DNA of 63,542 bases, filler included, from 8 parts of 8 records of this genome joined end to end with filler, not necessarily neighbours in it; one strand, 5' to 3'; shown: positions 1-12,409, numbered from the whole stretch's first letter. The notes: a model not told the origin generated them from the letters alone. Made by a program: numbers and translations.

Positions 1-783
1 CATAAAGGAGAAGATATAATCCTTCGATTATATCCTGCAAAGTGTAACTCGGGTATTAGATTTAAGAGGGTTGACTTAGAAGAGGGAAAAAATACCATTA
101 GTATGGATATTAACAATGTATTTGATCTAACTAGAGGAACAAATGTAAGAAATGGTCATGGTTCAGCAATCTATACAATAGAGCATTTTTTATCTGCGCT
201 ATATGTAATGGGAATTACAGATCTATTTGTTGAAGTAGATGGAAATGAGATGCCTATAATAGATGGCAGTTCAAAAAGATTCATAAGCATGCTAAAAGAC
301 AATATAGTGGAGTTTGACGTAGATGCAGACAATTTAATCATAACAGAGCCTGTATATGTGTCAAAAGGAGATAAACACGTTATAGGACTTCCATATGACG
401 GTTATAAGATAACTTATTCAGTTAACTATAATCATTCATTTCTAAAGTCACAACTTTTTGAAGCTGAGATCGATGAAGAAACGTTTGAAAAAGAGATTTC
501 ACCAGCTAGAACATTTGGTTTTGATTATGAAATTGAGTATCTGAAAGCAAATAATTTGGCACTAGGTGGAAGTTTAGACAATGCGATTGTGATAACAAAA
601 GACGGAGTACAAAATCCTGGTGGATTAAGATTTGATGATGAATTTGTTAGACATAAAGTGCTTGATTTGATTGGTGATTTAAAAATCTTAAATAGAAATA
701 TAAAAGGGCATGTGATAGCAGTAAAAGCTGGACATGCTATTAACAATGAGTTTGCAAAAGAGCTTTTAAAATTAATAAAATAA
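1..783 (+). CDS. lpxC: UDP-3-O-acyl-N-acetylglucosamine deacetylase (5'-truncated)
   Basis: Frame is open from base 1 (HKGEDIILRLYPA...); motifs TIEHFLSAL, PARTFGF, GGSLDNA, RHKVLDLIGDL, KAGH. Confidence 0.97.
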   Translation, partial: HKGEDIILRLYPAKCNSGIRFKRVDLEEGKNTISMDINNVFDLTRGTNVRNGHGSAIYTIEHFLSALYVMGITDLFVEVDGNEMPIIDGSSKRFISMLKDNIVEFDVDADNLIITEPVYVSKGDKHVIGLPYDGYKITYSVNYNHSFLKSQLFEAEIDEETFEKEISPARTFGFDYEIEYLKANNLALGGSLDNAIVITKDGVQNPGGLRFDDEFVRHKVLDLIGDLKILNRNIKGHVIAVKAGHAINNEFAKELLKLIK

Positions 784-894
784 AAAAATATACAAGAAGA
801 GTGCAGAATTTATATTTTTGTGAATTAATAACAGTTAAAATCTGTGATTTGTTTATAAAAGTAAAATTCTAGCAGCTTTAAAAGGAGAGAAAAG

Positions 895-1320
895 ATGTTA
901 GATATTATGGAAATTATGGATAGAATTCCACACAGATACCCGTTTTTATTAGTTGACAAGATAACTGAAATTGAGCCAAATAAAAGAGTGGTAGGTTATA
1001 AAAATGTAACAATTAATGAAGATTTTTTTAATGGACATTTCCCAGGACATCCAATTATGCCGGGAGTATTAATTGTTGAAGGAATGGCACAAGCTTTAGG
1101 AGCTGGAACAATGGAACCTGGCTCTGGTAAAGTACCTTACTTTATGTCAGTTGACAAAGCTAAATTTAGAAAACCTGTTAGACCGGGAGATCAATTAGTT
1201 TATGATATTACCATTACTAAAATGAGACCTGGTAAAATGATGAAAGCTGAAGGAAAAGCTTTAGTTGATGGTTGTGTAGTTGCACAAGCTGAATTAATGT
1301 TTATGTTAATGGATAAATAA
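895..1320 (+). CDS. fabZ: 3-hydroxyacyl-ACP dehydratase
   Basis: [43 protein letters not shown]. Confidence 0.97.
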   Translation: MLDIMEIMDRIPHRYPFLLVDKITEIEPNKRVVGYKNVTINEDFFNGHFPGHPIMPGVLIVEGMAQALGAGTMEPGSGKVPYFMSVDKAKFRKPVRPGDQLVYDITITKMRPGKMMKAEGKALVDGCVVAQAELMFMLMDK

Positions 1321-1333
1321 AAATTATTAATAA

Positions 1334-1370
1334 AAAGTAGAAGCCCTTATTACAAGGGCTTTTACGCTTA
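1334..1370 (+). terminator. Putative intrinsic terminator after fabZ
   Basis: Stem AGAAGCCCTT / AAGGGCTTTT around a short loop. Confidence 0.65.
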
Positions 1371-1563
1371 TATTTGAGTTTTTTAGAAAACACGTATTAT
1401 CTATTTTCATAAAAAACTATGATTTCAAACTATGGAAATTTTGTAAAAAAATGATATAATTTGAGATAAGCATTATATAAAATTAAACTTATATAGCTAA
1501 AATATAAAAACTAGTGTGATCTATTTACTAGTAACTTTTATGCTAAGCTTAGGAGGAAACATA

Positions 1564-2331
1564 ATGATTCATAAAACAGCAATAATTGAAGATGGTGCTG
1601 TAATTGGGGAAAACGTAAAAATAGGAGCGTATTCGGTTATAGGAAAAGATGTAAAAATAGGTGATAATAACGACATAGGGGCACATGTTGTTATTGAAGG
1701 TAGAACAACAATTGGAGATGGGAATAAGATATACCCCCACGCAGCAATTGGTCAAGACCCGCAAGATCTCAAATATGCTGGAGAAGATACAGAGTTAATT
1801 ATAGGTGATAACAATCTAATTAGAGAATTTGTTACATTTAACAAAGGAACTGTGGCAGCTGAAAAGACAGTAATAGGCAGCAAGAACCTATTTATGGCTT
1901 ATGTTCATGTTGCTCATGATGTAATTGTAGGAGATAATTGTATATTTGCTAATGCTGCAACCCTAGCTGGCCATGTTGAGATAGGAGACCATGTTGTAAT
2001 AGGTGGGTTAACTGGGATACATCAATGGTGTAAAATAGGAGCTCATGCAATGGTTGCAACAGGTTCAACAGTTGTTCAAGATGTAGCACCATTTGTTACA
2101 GCTGAGGGGAATAGAGCAAAAACTAGAGGTCTTAATTTAACAGGATTGAAGAGAAGAGGTTTTTCTAAAGAGGAGATGTCAAATATCAAAACTGCATATA
2201 AGAAAGTGTTTATGTCTAAATTAAAACTAGAAGATGCTTTAGTTGAGTTAGAAAAGGAGTACCCGGAAGATAAAAATGTAAAATACTTTATCGATACTAT
2301 TAGAACCTTCGAACGGGGGTTAGTTAGATAA
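1564..2331 (+). CDS. lpxA: UDP-N-acetylglucosamine acyltransferase
   Basis: Hexapeptide repeats, PQDLKY, MAYVHVAHD, GLKRRGF; start moved to ATG 1564 after RBS AGGAGG; extended -10 TGATATAAT at 1452-1460. Confidence 0.97.
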   Translation: MIHKTAIIEDGAVIGENVKIGAYSVIGKDVKIGDNNDIGAHVVIEGRTTIGDGNKIYPHAAIGQDPQDLKYAGEDTELIIGDNNLIREFVTFNKGTVAAEKTVIGSKNLFMAYVHVAHDVIVGDNCIFANAATLAGHVEIGDHVVIGGLTGIHQWCKIGAHAMVATGSTVVQDVAPFVTAEGNRAKTRGLNLTGLKRRGFSKEEMSNIKTAYKKVFMSKLKLEDALVELEKEYPEDKNVKYFIDTIRTFERGLVR

Positions 2332-3134
2332 TGAAAAATATCGGTTTGATTGCTGGGGAAGGAAATATGCCTAATTGCTTTATTAAACAAGCTGAAGCAA
2401 AAGGTTACGAAGTATTTCCAATTGGATTATTTGAAACAGTTAATGAAGATGTGAAAAACCATAAAAATTTTGTCAAAATGAATATTGGTGAAATTGGAAA
2501 AATAATATCTTATTTAATATTAAATCGAGCAACTAATTTAATGATGCTTGGAAAAGTCGAGAAAAGTCTTCTTTTTTCAGGAGTTGAACTTGATAATGTA
2601 TTTCAAGGAATATTAAGCAATTTACCTGATAACAAAGATGAAACTATCTTGATGGGGATATTAAGTGTATTTAAAAGTAATGGAATTGAGATTCTTCCAC
2701 AGAGTTATTTAATGAGCGAGCTAGTAGCCAAAGAGGGAGTTTACACAAAATCAGATTCTCAAATTGAGGACGAAGGAACAATTAAAATTGGAATAGAAGC
2801 TGCAAAAGCAATAACTGCAATTGATGCGGGACAGACTATTGTTGTGAAAGATGGAACGGTAGTATCAATTGAGGCTATGGAGGGAACAGATAAAACAATC
2901 AAAAGAGCCTATGAATATGCAGGTGAAGATTGTATAGTTGTAAAAATGGCTAGACCAAAACAGGATTTTAAAATGGATATCCCAGTTATTGGACTTGAAA
3001 CTATAAAATCTGCATTAGCAATAAAGGCAAAAGGCATAGTTATTGAAGCTGATAAAATGTTGTTTGCAGAGCAAGATGAAGTTATTCAGTTGGCAAATGA
3101 AAACTCAATGTTTATAAAGGCAGTAAAGAGATAA
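2331..3134 (+). CDS. lpxI: UDP-2,3-diacylglucosamine diphosphatase LpxI family
   Basis: IGLIAGEGNMP, DAGQTIVV, IEAMEGTD, KMARPKQDFKMDIPVIG; lies between lpxA and lpxB. Confidence 0.92.
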   Translation: MKNIGLIAGEGNMPNCFIKQAEAKGYEVFPIGLFETVNEDVKNHKNFVKMNIGEIGKIISYLILNRATNLMMLGKVEKSLLFSGVELDNVFQGILSNLPDNKDETILMGILSVFKSNGIEILPQSYLMSELVAKEGVYTKSDSQIEDEGTIKIGIEAAKAITAIDAGQTIVVKDGTVVSIEAMEGTDKTIKRAYEYAGEDCIVVKMARPKQDFKMDIPVIGLETIKSALAIKAKGIVIEADKMLFAEQDEVIQLANENSMFIKAVKR

Positions 3135-3150
3135 GCTTTAGGAGGGAAAT

Positions 3151-4223
3151 ATGAAATATTTTGTTTCAACAGGAGAAGCTTCGGGAGATTTACATCTGTC
3201 TTATATAGTCGAGGAGATTTTAAAAATAGATGATTCAGCCAGGTTTTTCGGTGTTGCTGGAAAACACTCAAAAAAATTAGGCGTTAATATTATTCAAGAT
3301 ATTGAAGAGTTAGCATTTATGGGTTTCGTTGAGGTTATCAACAAATATAACTTTTTAAAGAAAAAATAAATGAGTATATTGAACTCATAAAATCAGAAGA
3401 TATAAAAAAAGTTATACTAATTGATTATGGAGGATTTAATCTAAGATTTTTAGAGAGAATTCGAAAAGAGAAGCTAGACGTAGAGGTTTTTTATTATATA
3501 CCACCAAAAGTTTGGGTATGGGGAAAAAAGAGAGTTGAAAAACTTCGAATGGCTGACCATATTGTCGTTATATTTCCTTGGGAAGTTGACTTCTATAAAG
3601 AAAATGGCATTGACGCTGTTTACTTTGGAAATCCTTTTATGGAAAAGTATAAAAAAATTGAAAAAAAAGGAGAGAAAATTCTCTTGTTACCTGGTAGCAG
3701 AAAAGGAGAAATCGCTTCTTTAATTTCGGATATGTTAAATGTAGTAAAAGCTTCACCGGATGAAAATTTTGTTTTAAAATTAGCTTCCAAAGAGCATGTG
3801 AAATGGATAGAAGAAGATTTAAATAAATATAGTAACTTAGAGATTAGAGACGATCTATCTCTAAATCAAGCGGTAGAGTTGTCAAAATATGCAATAGCAG
3901 CCTCTGGAACAGTTATATTGGAACTGGCAATGTTAGGTCTGCCTGCTGTAGCGATATATAAGACCTCAAAGGTTAATGAATTTATTGTAAAACATTTTGT
4001 TAATTTGACATATATGACACTACCTAATTTAACTTTGAATAAAGAAGTATATCCAGAACTTTTCCAAAAAGAATGTAATCCTGAAAATATAATTTTTGAA
4101 ATGAATAAACTTGATAATAAAAGAGAACAAATTCTAGCAGATATTGATTTAATTAGAGAAAAGCTAAACGGAGAAAATATAACTAGAAGTTATGCAGAGT
4201 TTATATCTGGCATAAAGAAATAG
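3151..4223 (+). CDS. lpxB: Lipid-A-disaccharide synthase, split by a 1-A loss at ~3361-3366
   Basis: GEASGDLH N-terminus; +1 frame continues IDYGGFN, YYIPPKVWVW, LLPGSR, ASGT. Confidence 0.93.
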
Positions 4224-4253
4224 ATTATTAAATTTGAATTGAAGGAGATTAAC

Positions 4254-4985
4254 GTGAGTATTAAAAGAGAAGATAATAGAGCATTGGATCAATTAAGAGA
4301 GATAAAGATTACACCAAACTATATAGTGCACCCAGAGGGATCAGTTTTAATAGAGTTTGGAAATACAAAAGTAATATGTAATGCATCATTTAGTGACAAA
4401 GTTCCTCCTTTCCTTAGAAACCAAGGAACTGGCTGGGTAACAGCTGAATATTCTATGTTACCAAGAGCAACAGAAACGAGAAATATTAGAGAATCAAATA
4501 AAGGTAAGCTAAGTGGAAGAACTATGGAAATCCAAAGATTAATTGGAAGATCACTTAGAGCTTGTATTGACCTAGAAAAATTAGGAGAAAAAACTATAAT
4601 TCTTGATTGTGATGTTATTCAAGCAGATGGTGGTACAAGAACAGCTTCTATAACAGGTGCGTACATCGCTTTAGAGATAGCGATTAGAAGATTATTAGCA
4701 GAAGGAAAAATAAAAGAAAATCCATTAACTTCTCAAATAGCAGCAATTAGTGTTGGTGTGGTAGAAGGGCAAGTTATGCTTGACCTTAAATACACTGAAG
4801 ATGCAGCAGCTGAAGTAGATATGAATGTAATTATGAACTCTGAGAATAGATTTGTTGAAGTACAAGGAACAGGTGAAGAGGCAACATTTACTAGAGATGA
4901 ATTAGATAATCTATTAGACATTGCGGAGAAAGGAATTAAAGAACTGTTCTTAATTCAAAAAAATGCTGTGGAAGAGGCGTTATAG
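4254..4985 (+). CDS. rph: Ribonuclease PH
   Basis: [50 protein letters not shown] start after AAGGAG. Confidence 0.97.
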   Translation: MSIKREDNRALDQLREIKITPNYIVHPEGSVLIEFGNTKVICNASFSDKVPPFLRNQGTGWVTAEYSMLPRATETRNIRESNKGKLSGRTMEIQRLIGRSLRACIDLEKLGEKTIILDCDVIQADGGTRTASITGAYIALEIAIRRLLAEGKIKENPLTSQIAAISVGVVEGQVMLDLKYTEDAAAEVDMNVIMNSENRFVEVQGTGEEATFTRDELDNLLDIAEKGIKELFLIQKNAVEEAL

Positions 4986-4987
4986 TA

Positions 4988-5578
4988 ATGAACAAGATAT
5001 TTTTAGCAACTGGGAATAAAAAGAAAATAGAAGAACTCAAACCTATACTTGCTGATTTAAATTTTGAAGTTTACTCTATTGCTGATGGAATAGAGATCCC
5101 AGAAGTAATAGAAGATGGAGATACCTTTGAAGCTAACTCGCAAAAGAAGGCTAAAGAGATTGCTAAGTATTTAGGTTATCCAACTATAGCTGATGACTCA
5201 GGTCTCTGCGTTACAGCACTTGATATGGAACCAGGAGTATATTCATCTAGATATGCAGGTGAAGATGCTACAGATGCTGATAATAATAAAAAACTTATAA
5301 AAGAGCTTGCGAGTATAGATAATAGAGAAGCAAAATTTGTTTGTGTGATAAGTGTTGCAAAACCAAATGGAGCAGCTATCTCTTTTAGGGGAGAAGTGTT
5401 TGGAGAGATTATTGATGAGGCTAATGGTGAATATGGTTTTGGCTATGATCCACATTTTTATTATCCTCCATATAACAAAACATTTGCTGAACTGGAAAAA
5501 ACAGAAAAAAATTCTATTAGTCACAGAGCTAATGCTGTAAAATTAATGAAGAAAGAGATTGAGGAATTTTTAAAATAA
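4988..5578 (+). CDS. rdgB: Non-canonical purine NTP pyrophosphatase (HAM1/RdgB)
   Basis: ATGNKKK, ADDSGL, GFGYDP, SHR motifs; follows rph. Confidence 0.95.
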   Translation: MNKIFLATGNKKKIEELKPILADLNFEVYSIADGIEIPEVIEDGDTFEANSQKKAKEIAKYLGYPTIADDSGLCVTALDMEPGVYSSRYAGEDATDADNNKKLIKELASIDNREAKFVCVISVAKPNGAAISFRGEVFGEIIDEANGEYGFGYDPHFYYPPYNKTFAELEKTEKNSISHRANAVKLMKKEIEEFLK

Positions 5579-5596
5579 AAATTTTAATATTAAGTG

Positions 5597-5636
5597 AAGC
5601 AGATGAGAAGTAGTTAATTTACTTTTTATCTGCTTT
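5597..5636 (+). terminator. Intrinsic terminator after rdgB
   Basis: AAGCAGATGAGAAGTA-loop-TACTTTTTATCTGCTT stem with G-U pairs, T-rich tail. Confidence 0.7.
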
Positions 5637-5840
5637 AATGTTTTTATTTAGTAAAATTATGTTTAAAATCTGTTAATTATGCTAAAAATATAAGAAAATT
5701 AAAGTTTTTCTTCAATATTATATAAAAATATTATATAATTTAAGATGATATATTAAATTTATGAGAATAGAGTTTAAACTATATAAGATTTATTATACAA
5801 ATGCGATTAAAAAAATATTATTGACCTTTTGGGAGGAAGT

Positions 5841-7155
5841 ATGAAAGAGATTTTAACACCAAAAATAGTAAAAGAACTTGATAAATATATTATTTCACAG
5901 GATGATGCAAAGAAGAATGTTGCAATTTCACTTAGAAATAGATATAGAAGAAAAGAGATAACTGATATTGAATTAAAAAAAGAGATAACACCTAAAAATA
6001 TTATTTTGATAGGACCAACAGGAGTTGGAAAGACAGAAATTGCTAGAAGGTTAGCTAAAGTAACAGATTCACCGTTTATAAAAGTTGAAGCAACTAAATT
6101 TACAGAAGTAGGTTATGTTGGTAAAGATGTTGAATCAATGATAAAGGATTTAAGTGAGACAACATTTAGAATGATAAAAAGTAAAAAAATTGAAGCTCTT
6201 AAGGAGCAGACTCTTCCATTAATTTATGAAAAAATAGTAAAAAAATTAAAGCCATATGAAGTAAATGATGAAGAAAAGGCAAAATTAGTAGAAGAGATTA
6301 AAGCTGGTAAATATGATGATGAAGAAGTTGAGATTGAGAAGACTTCTAAGGGGGAATCGCCAGTGATTGAAGTTTTTGCTAATGCCCCTACAGAAGATAG
6401 CATTCAAAATATGCTAGATTCTTTAATGGCTAATATGCCAGGAAAAAGACAAAAAGTAAAAACCTAAAGATTAAAAGCGCAATTGAATATCTGCTAAAAG
6501 AAGAAATTGAAGAAAAAATTGATATGGACGAATTAATACCAGAAGTAGTTAATAAAGTTGAAGATGATGGAATAATTTTTATAGATGAGATTGATAAAAT
6601 AGCAGAAAGAGAATCAGGCAGTAGAGGAGAAGTATCTAGACAGGGAGTACAAAGAGATATCTTACCAATAGTTGAAGGAACAACTGTTATGACAAAGTAT
6701 GGACCTATAAAAACTGACCATATTCTATTTATAGCTGCAGGAGCTTTTACAATGTCTAGTCCAAGTGACTTGATGCCTGAACTGCAGGGAAGATTCCCAG
6801 TAAAAGTTAAACTTGAAAGTTTAACAAAAGGTGATTTTATAAAAATATTAACTCAAGTGGATAATAACTTAATAAAACAATATACTGCATTATTAAAAAT
6901 CGATAATGTTAAAATTTCATTTGCGAAAACAGCAATAGAAGCAATAGCAGAAGTTTCAATTGAATTAAATAGTAAAGTGGAAAATATTGGAGCTAGAAGA
7001 TTGCATACAGTATTAGAAAAAGTATTAAAAGAGATAATGTTTAATGCTCCTGATGAAGATGGTAGCGAAAAAGAGATTAAGATAACAAAACGAGAGATAA
7101 ACAAACTTTTGAAATTTCAAACGAAGAGGAAGATTTAAATAATTACATACTATAG
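5841..7155 (+). CDS. hslU: ATP-dependent protease ATPase subunit HslU, split by 1-A losses at ~6460 and ~7105
   Basis: [48 protein letters not shown]; conserved C-terminus [10 protein letters not shown] at 7111-7155 in a shifted frame. Confidence 0.95.
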
Positions 7156-7167
7156 TGGGGTTTTGAG

Positions 7168-10100
7168 ATGCATTTGAAAAAAATAGAGATAGATGGATTT
7201 AAGTCATTTAATGAGAAAGTAGATGTAGACTTCACAACTGGAATTACATCTATCGTAGGACCAAATGGAAGTGGAAAATCAAATATATTAGATGCTATTC
7301 TTTGGGTTTTGGGAGAGCAATCATATAAAAATATCAGAGCAAAAAATAGTAGTGATGTGATATTCTCTGGTGGAGGTAGAAGTAAAGCAAGGTCAACAGC
7401 AGAGGTAAGTCTTTTTATAGATAATAGTGACAGAACTTTAATGATTGATTCTGATGAAGTTATAGTTTCTAGGAAAATAAATTCAAAAGGTGAAAATGAA
7501 TATAAGATAAATAAAGAGAAATCAAGACTAAAAGATATTACTGAAATGTTCCTAGATACAGGAGTTGGAAAATCAGCATACTCTGTAATTGGCCAAGGAA
7601 AAGTTGAAAGAATAATTTCATCCTCTGCTCTTGAAATTAGAAGTATTGTAGAGGAAGCCGCATCGATAAAAAAATAAAACTCAGAAAAAGCGAAGCTGAG
7701 AAAAAACTTGGAAAAGTTGAAAATGAGATTGAAAAAATTTCGTTTGTTGAAAAAGAGTTGCTGACGAATGTCAAAACTTTAGAAAAACAAGCTGGAAAAG
7801 CTGAAAAATATATAGAAGTAAAAGAAAATCTAGATAGAGTAAAAAAATATTACTTTGCAACTGATTTTAATGAAAGCTCAAGTCAATTTGAGGAAAAAAG
7901 TATAAGTGAAAAAGAACTGAAAACTCTTATTGATTCAAAACAAAAACTCTTTGAAGAAAACGAAAAAGAGTTAGAATTAGTTAATGCAAATCGAGAGAAA
8001 TTAAGCCAAAATATCGAAGAGATAATGTTAATAAATGAAGATAAAAAGAAAGACATTACATTAATAGGAAATGATAAAGTTCTTTATTCTGAAAGGTTAG
8101 AGTCATATATTCGGGAGAAGAAAGACCTAGAGTATCAAATAGAAACGAGTAATGAAAAAAAGAGGAAAAAGGAAGTAGATTAGAAACATTGAATTCTGAA
8201 ATCGAAATCCTTGAAAAAGAGCTAGAAGAGAAAAGAAATGCAAATTCTGAAATCGAAGAGAATATTATTAATAGGAAAGTAGCTATTAATAGTATGGAAA
8301 TAGAGTTAAAAGAGCTGCGTCAGGGTGTAATAAATCTTGAAATTGATAAAGTCAGATTTTCTAATGATGCAGAGAACTCAGAAAAGAGGATAAAATCAAT
8401 TCAGAAAAGAAAATCAGAGTTGAATGAACAGAAACAAGAGGTATTAAATAAAAAAGATATACTTCAACTTCAATTAGATAGTTTTAGTGAGCAGATAGAA
8501 CAAGCTAATGAAGATATTCAGGAGTTTAAAGAAGAGTTAGATCGTAAAGAGAAAGAAAGAAAAGATATTGAGCAGAGTATAAATAATCTTAAGCAAAAGT
8601 TAAATGATACAGAAAAAAGCCTTAATAAAGTTAAAATAAAATATTTTAACTTGAAACGAATGGAAGAGAATAATGAAGGTTTCTTTAAAGGTGTGAAAGG
8701 CGTGCTTGATGCAAATATTACCGGTGTTTTAGGGCCTTTAGTTTCACTTATAGAAATACCTAGTAAATATGAAAGAGCTATAGAAACTGCTATTGGAAAT
8801 TCTATGCAGGATATATTGGTAAAAGATAGCCAAATAGCGAAAAAGTGTGTCAATTATTTAAAGCAAAATAATTTAGGAAGAGCAACATTTATTCCATTTG
8901 ATACAATAAAAGTTCCTGCAACTCAAAATTTAGACAAAAGTGATTTAAATATCATCGGATTGGGCTCTGAACTAGTTAAATTCAAACCAGAAATAGATAA
9001 AGCAGTAAAATTGGTTTTAGGTAGAATTTTAGTAGTTAAGGATATTGATACTGGTGTGAAAATATTAAAGCAAAACAAACATAGAGGAAATATTGTAACA
9101 CTTGATGGACAACTACTGTCAGGGGTAGGAAAAATAACTGGTGGTGAACATCTGAAATCTAGCAGTGGTATTATTTTAGAGCGAAAAAGAGAGCTGAAAT
9201 TATTAAAAGAAAAACTTGATTTAGAAACAAAAACTCTTGAAAAAGTTGAAAATGATTATCAAGAATTTATTAATAGAAGAAAAAAGATAGAAAAATCTAT
9301 AGATGAAAATAGATTATTTGCCAATGAGTTAAATGCAGAACTAGAACAATTGAAAATGGGAAATAACAACTTAAAGATGGATTTAATGCAAGTGGATAAG
9401 AATATTTCGATTATTGAGTTTGAAGATAGTGAAATAGAAGAAAATTATGTTGAATATGATAAAATTTTAAACAATTCAAAGAATCAAATGAGAAAAATTG
9501 AGGAGTTAATATCTCAAAATCAAAAGCTTATTAGCAATAAGGAAAAAGAGTTTGAAATAAAAAAAGAAGAATTACAAGGAATTGAGGAACAGAATTCTGA
9601 GAAACAAGTTGATTTATTAGGAAAAGTTGAGAAGTTAAAACAGTTAAACAATACAAGATCAGATTTATTAAATGAGAATCAAAACTTAGCTTCGGAACTA
9701 AATAGGAAAAAGAATAAACTTGAAGAGTTAACTAGTTTAATAGCTGAATTAAAAGAAAAACTAGAAAAAATCAAAGTTGATTACGATGTTCAAACTTCTG
9801 AATATGATAAAACAATAAAAGAGTTAGAACAGAAAAAAATCAAACAAAAAGAACTTGAAAAAAGTGAAAAGGATTTAATTAACAGTATAAGAGTTATTGA
9901 AAGAGAGATAATTCAAACAGAAACAACTTACAGCAAAATAGTTGAGAAAAAAGAGAAGTTAAGATCAAAATTAGAATATCTAAAAGAAAAACTTCAGGAG
10001 TTAGAAGGGGTAGTTTTGGAGGAATTAGGCTATTCTTTAGATGAGGCTAAAGAAAAGTTAAGAGAATTAGAAGTAGACATTAAGTCTTTGGGAGCAGTTA

Positions 10101-10681
10101 ACCTACTTGCAATTGAGGAATACAAAGGTTTGAAGAAAAGATATGAGTTTCTGAAGGAACAAAAAGATGATTTGATTGGAAGTAAAAATAGCCTTGGTAA
10201 ATTAATTGATGAGATAGAAAATAATATCAAAGTTAACTTTATGGATGCATATAACCAAATTAATAAAAACTTTAATTATATGTGTAAAGAAATTTTAAAC
10301 AATTCAGTGGGGAATCTAAAATTAATTAATGAAAATAACATTTTAGAGAGTGGTATAGAGTTATTGGTTAAATTTAAAAATAAGAAAGCACAATCATTAA
10401 GCTTACTTTCTGGTGGAGAAAAATCCATGGTTGCAGTTGCATTGATTATGGCAATATTTATGTATAAGCCAAGTCCATTTACATTCTTTGACGAAATAGA
10501 AGCAGCCTTAGATGATTCTAATACGAAAAGATTAATAAGAAAATTGAAAGAGTTTACAGATAAATCTCAGTTTATTCTGATAACTCATAATAAACAAACA
10601 ATGAAAGAATCGGACATTCTTTATGGGGTAACTATGGATAAGAAAATCGGAGAATCGAAGATACTATCAGTTAAAATGTAA
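7168..10681 (+). CDS. smc: Chromosome segregation protein SMC, split by 1-A losses at ~7670 and ~8160
   Basis: GFKSF, GPNGSGKSN, hinge GRATFIP, LSGGEK signature, FFDEIEAALD, ITH; long coiled coils. Confidence 0.95.
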
Positions 10682-10765
10682 ATTAATGAAGATAGAAGGT
10701 TAGATGTAGAAAGATATGGATAAAACAGTGTATGGTAGCGAATAATAATAACCGACAAATGGGAG

Positions 10766-12145
10766 TTGATAGATATGGAGGGATTGCGGGCACTATTAAA
10801 TAGATTAGATGGCAAGGGGTATAAGGGGTATAAGGAGCTAAAAGGAGCATATGACTTTAAAACATATCAATTAAATATATTAAGAGTGCAAGGAGATCCA
10901 TTTGCTTCTCCATCACTTTTTGAGATAGTAATAGATATGAAAAAATATATGTATAATGCTAAATGGTACTCAAACTCAACTAAGAAAACAGCGTTTGAGG
11001 ATTATTTATTGAGAATAGCATATGGTGCAATTAGTAAACTTCAGAGTAAAGTTAGAGGTAGTGGGAAAAGTGGAAGTATTACAATTTATAAACCTGAGCA
11101 AGAAATACTAAAAAGAAGTGCCTCAGAAATCAAAGATAAAAAATTATATATTAAATTTTATGTAGGTTTACCTGCACAAGGGAGAAGAATACTTGCTAGG
11201 GAAGCCATTATAATGCTTTTCAAAGAGATACCTGAGATTGTAAAATGCTTTAATATGGATTATTTAGATAAAGAGGAACTAGAAAATCATATTCAGACAG
11301 CTGAAAATGCTGAAGAGATAAGAAAAAAATTAGAACAAGAAAACCTAATCGCATTTATTGGAAATGGAAGTATATTAGCGAGAAAAAGTGTAGCAGCTGA
11401 TATTGCGATGGAAGAGGCAAAAGAATTTCTTTCACCAAAATTATTGGAAGTGACGTTTGAGCTATCAAGTGGCTTAAAAATCACAGGTATGGGAATAAAA
11501 AAAGGAATAACCATAATCACAGGTGGTGGTTTTCACGGAAAATCAACACTATTAAATGCAATAGAGAAAGGTATCTATGATCATATTCCTGGTGATGGAA
11601 GAGAGTATTGTATAGCTACTCCTGACGCAGTAAAGGTAAGAGCAGAAGATGGAAGAAGTGTAGAGAAGGTTGATATTAGTACTTTTATAAACAACCTACC
11701 TAGCCATCTTGATACCAAAGTATTTTCTACAGAAAATGCAAGTGGTTCTACGTCACAAGCTGCAAATATAATCGAGGCAGTTGAGATGGGCTGCAATGCT
11801 CTATTGATTGATGAAGATACATCAGCTACAAATTTTATGGTTAGAGATAAAAAAATTCAAGAGTTGATTTCAAAGCCAAAAGAACCGATAACTCCATTTA
11901 TTGAGAAAATAGAATCATTAAGGGATACCGCAGATGTATCATCTATAATTGTAGTTGGTGGATTAGGTGATTATTTGGATGTTGCTGACTTAGTTTTAAT
12001 GTTAGATGAATATTCTGTTTATGATGTTACAGAAAAGTCAAAAGAGATATCTCAGAAATATTCAAATGTAAAGCTTGAATTTCCTGTAGAATCAATTGAG
12101 ATTGAAAAGCGATGTTTAAATTTACAAGAGACATTTCAGATTTTT
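10766..12145 (+). CDS. ABC-class P-loop ATPase domain protein (ABC_ATPase family), 3'-truncated by contig end
   Basis: VQGDPFASPS, GSGKSG, Walker A GGGFHGKST, HIPGDGRE, RAEDGR, ASGSTSQAA, Walker B LLIDEDTSATNFM. Confidence 0.85.
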
Positions 12146-12245
12146 NNNNNNNNNNNNNNNNNNNNNNNNNNNNNNNNNNNNNNNNNNNNTTAATTAATTA
12201 ANNNNNNNNNNNNNNNNNNNNNNNNNNNNNNNNNNNNNNNNNNNN
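12146..12245. other. Artificial contig spacer N44-TTAATTAATTAA-N44
   Basis: N run with a central 12-mer that has stops in all six frames. Confidence 0.99.
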
Positions 12246-12409
12246 GGGAGGTCTATAATAACAATTATCTCTGATTCTGATTCAAAGATATCTGCTTCTG
12301 GTGACCATGTATCATAGGCTCTGGTCTTCTTGCCTAGAAGAGTTCCTGTTTTTTTCTTGCCTAGAGTAATTGCCGTTGTTGAATTATAGTACTTGCAATA
12401 ATATGCCAT
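12246..12409 (-). CDS. Hsp20/alpha-crystallin small heat-shock protein, N-terminal fragment
   Basis: WSPEADIFESESEIIVIIDLP matches the start of the alpha-crystallin domain; RBS GAGG; own promoter TTGCAA-18-TAAAAT at 12471-12500. Confidence 0.7.

Noticed and set aside
8189..10200. Periodic Glu/Lys-rich pattern as a tandem repeat
   Set aside because: Ordinary SMC coiled-coil heptads
3151..10681. lpxB, hslU and smc as pseudogenes or programmed frameshifts
   Set aside because: All breaks are single-A losses in homopolymers, and the flanking protein sequence is intact
12190..12201. Recurrent TTAATTAATTAA palindrome as a biological repeat or CRISPR-like unit
   Set aside because: Always centred in 44+44 Ns; it is a six-frame-stop assembly linker
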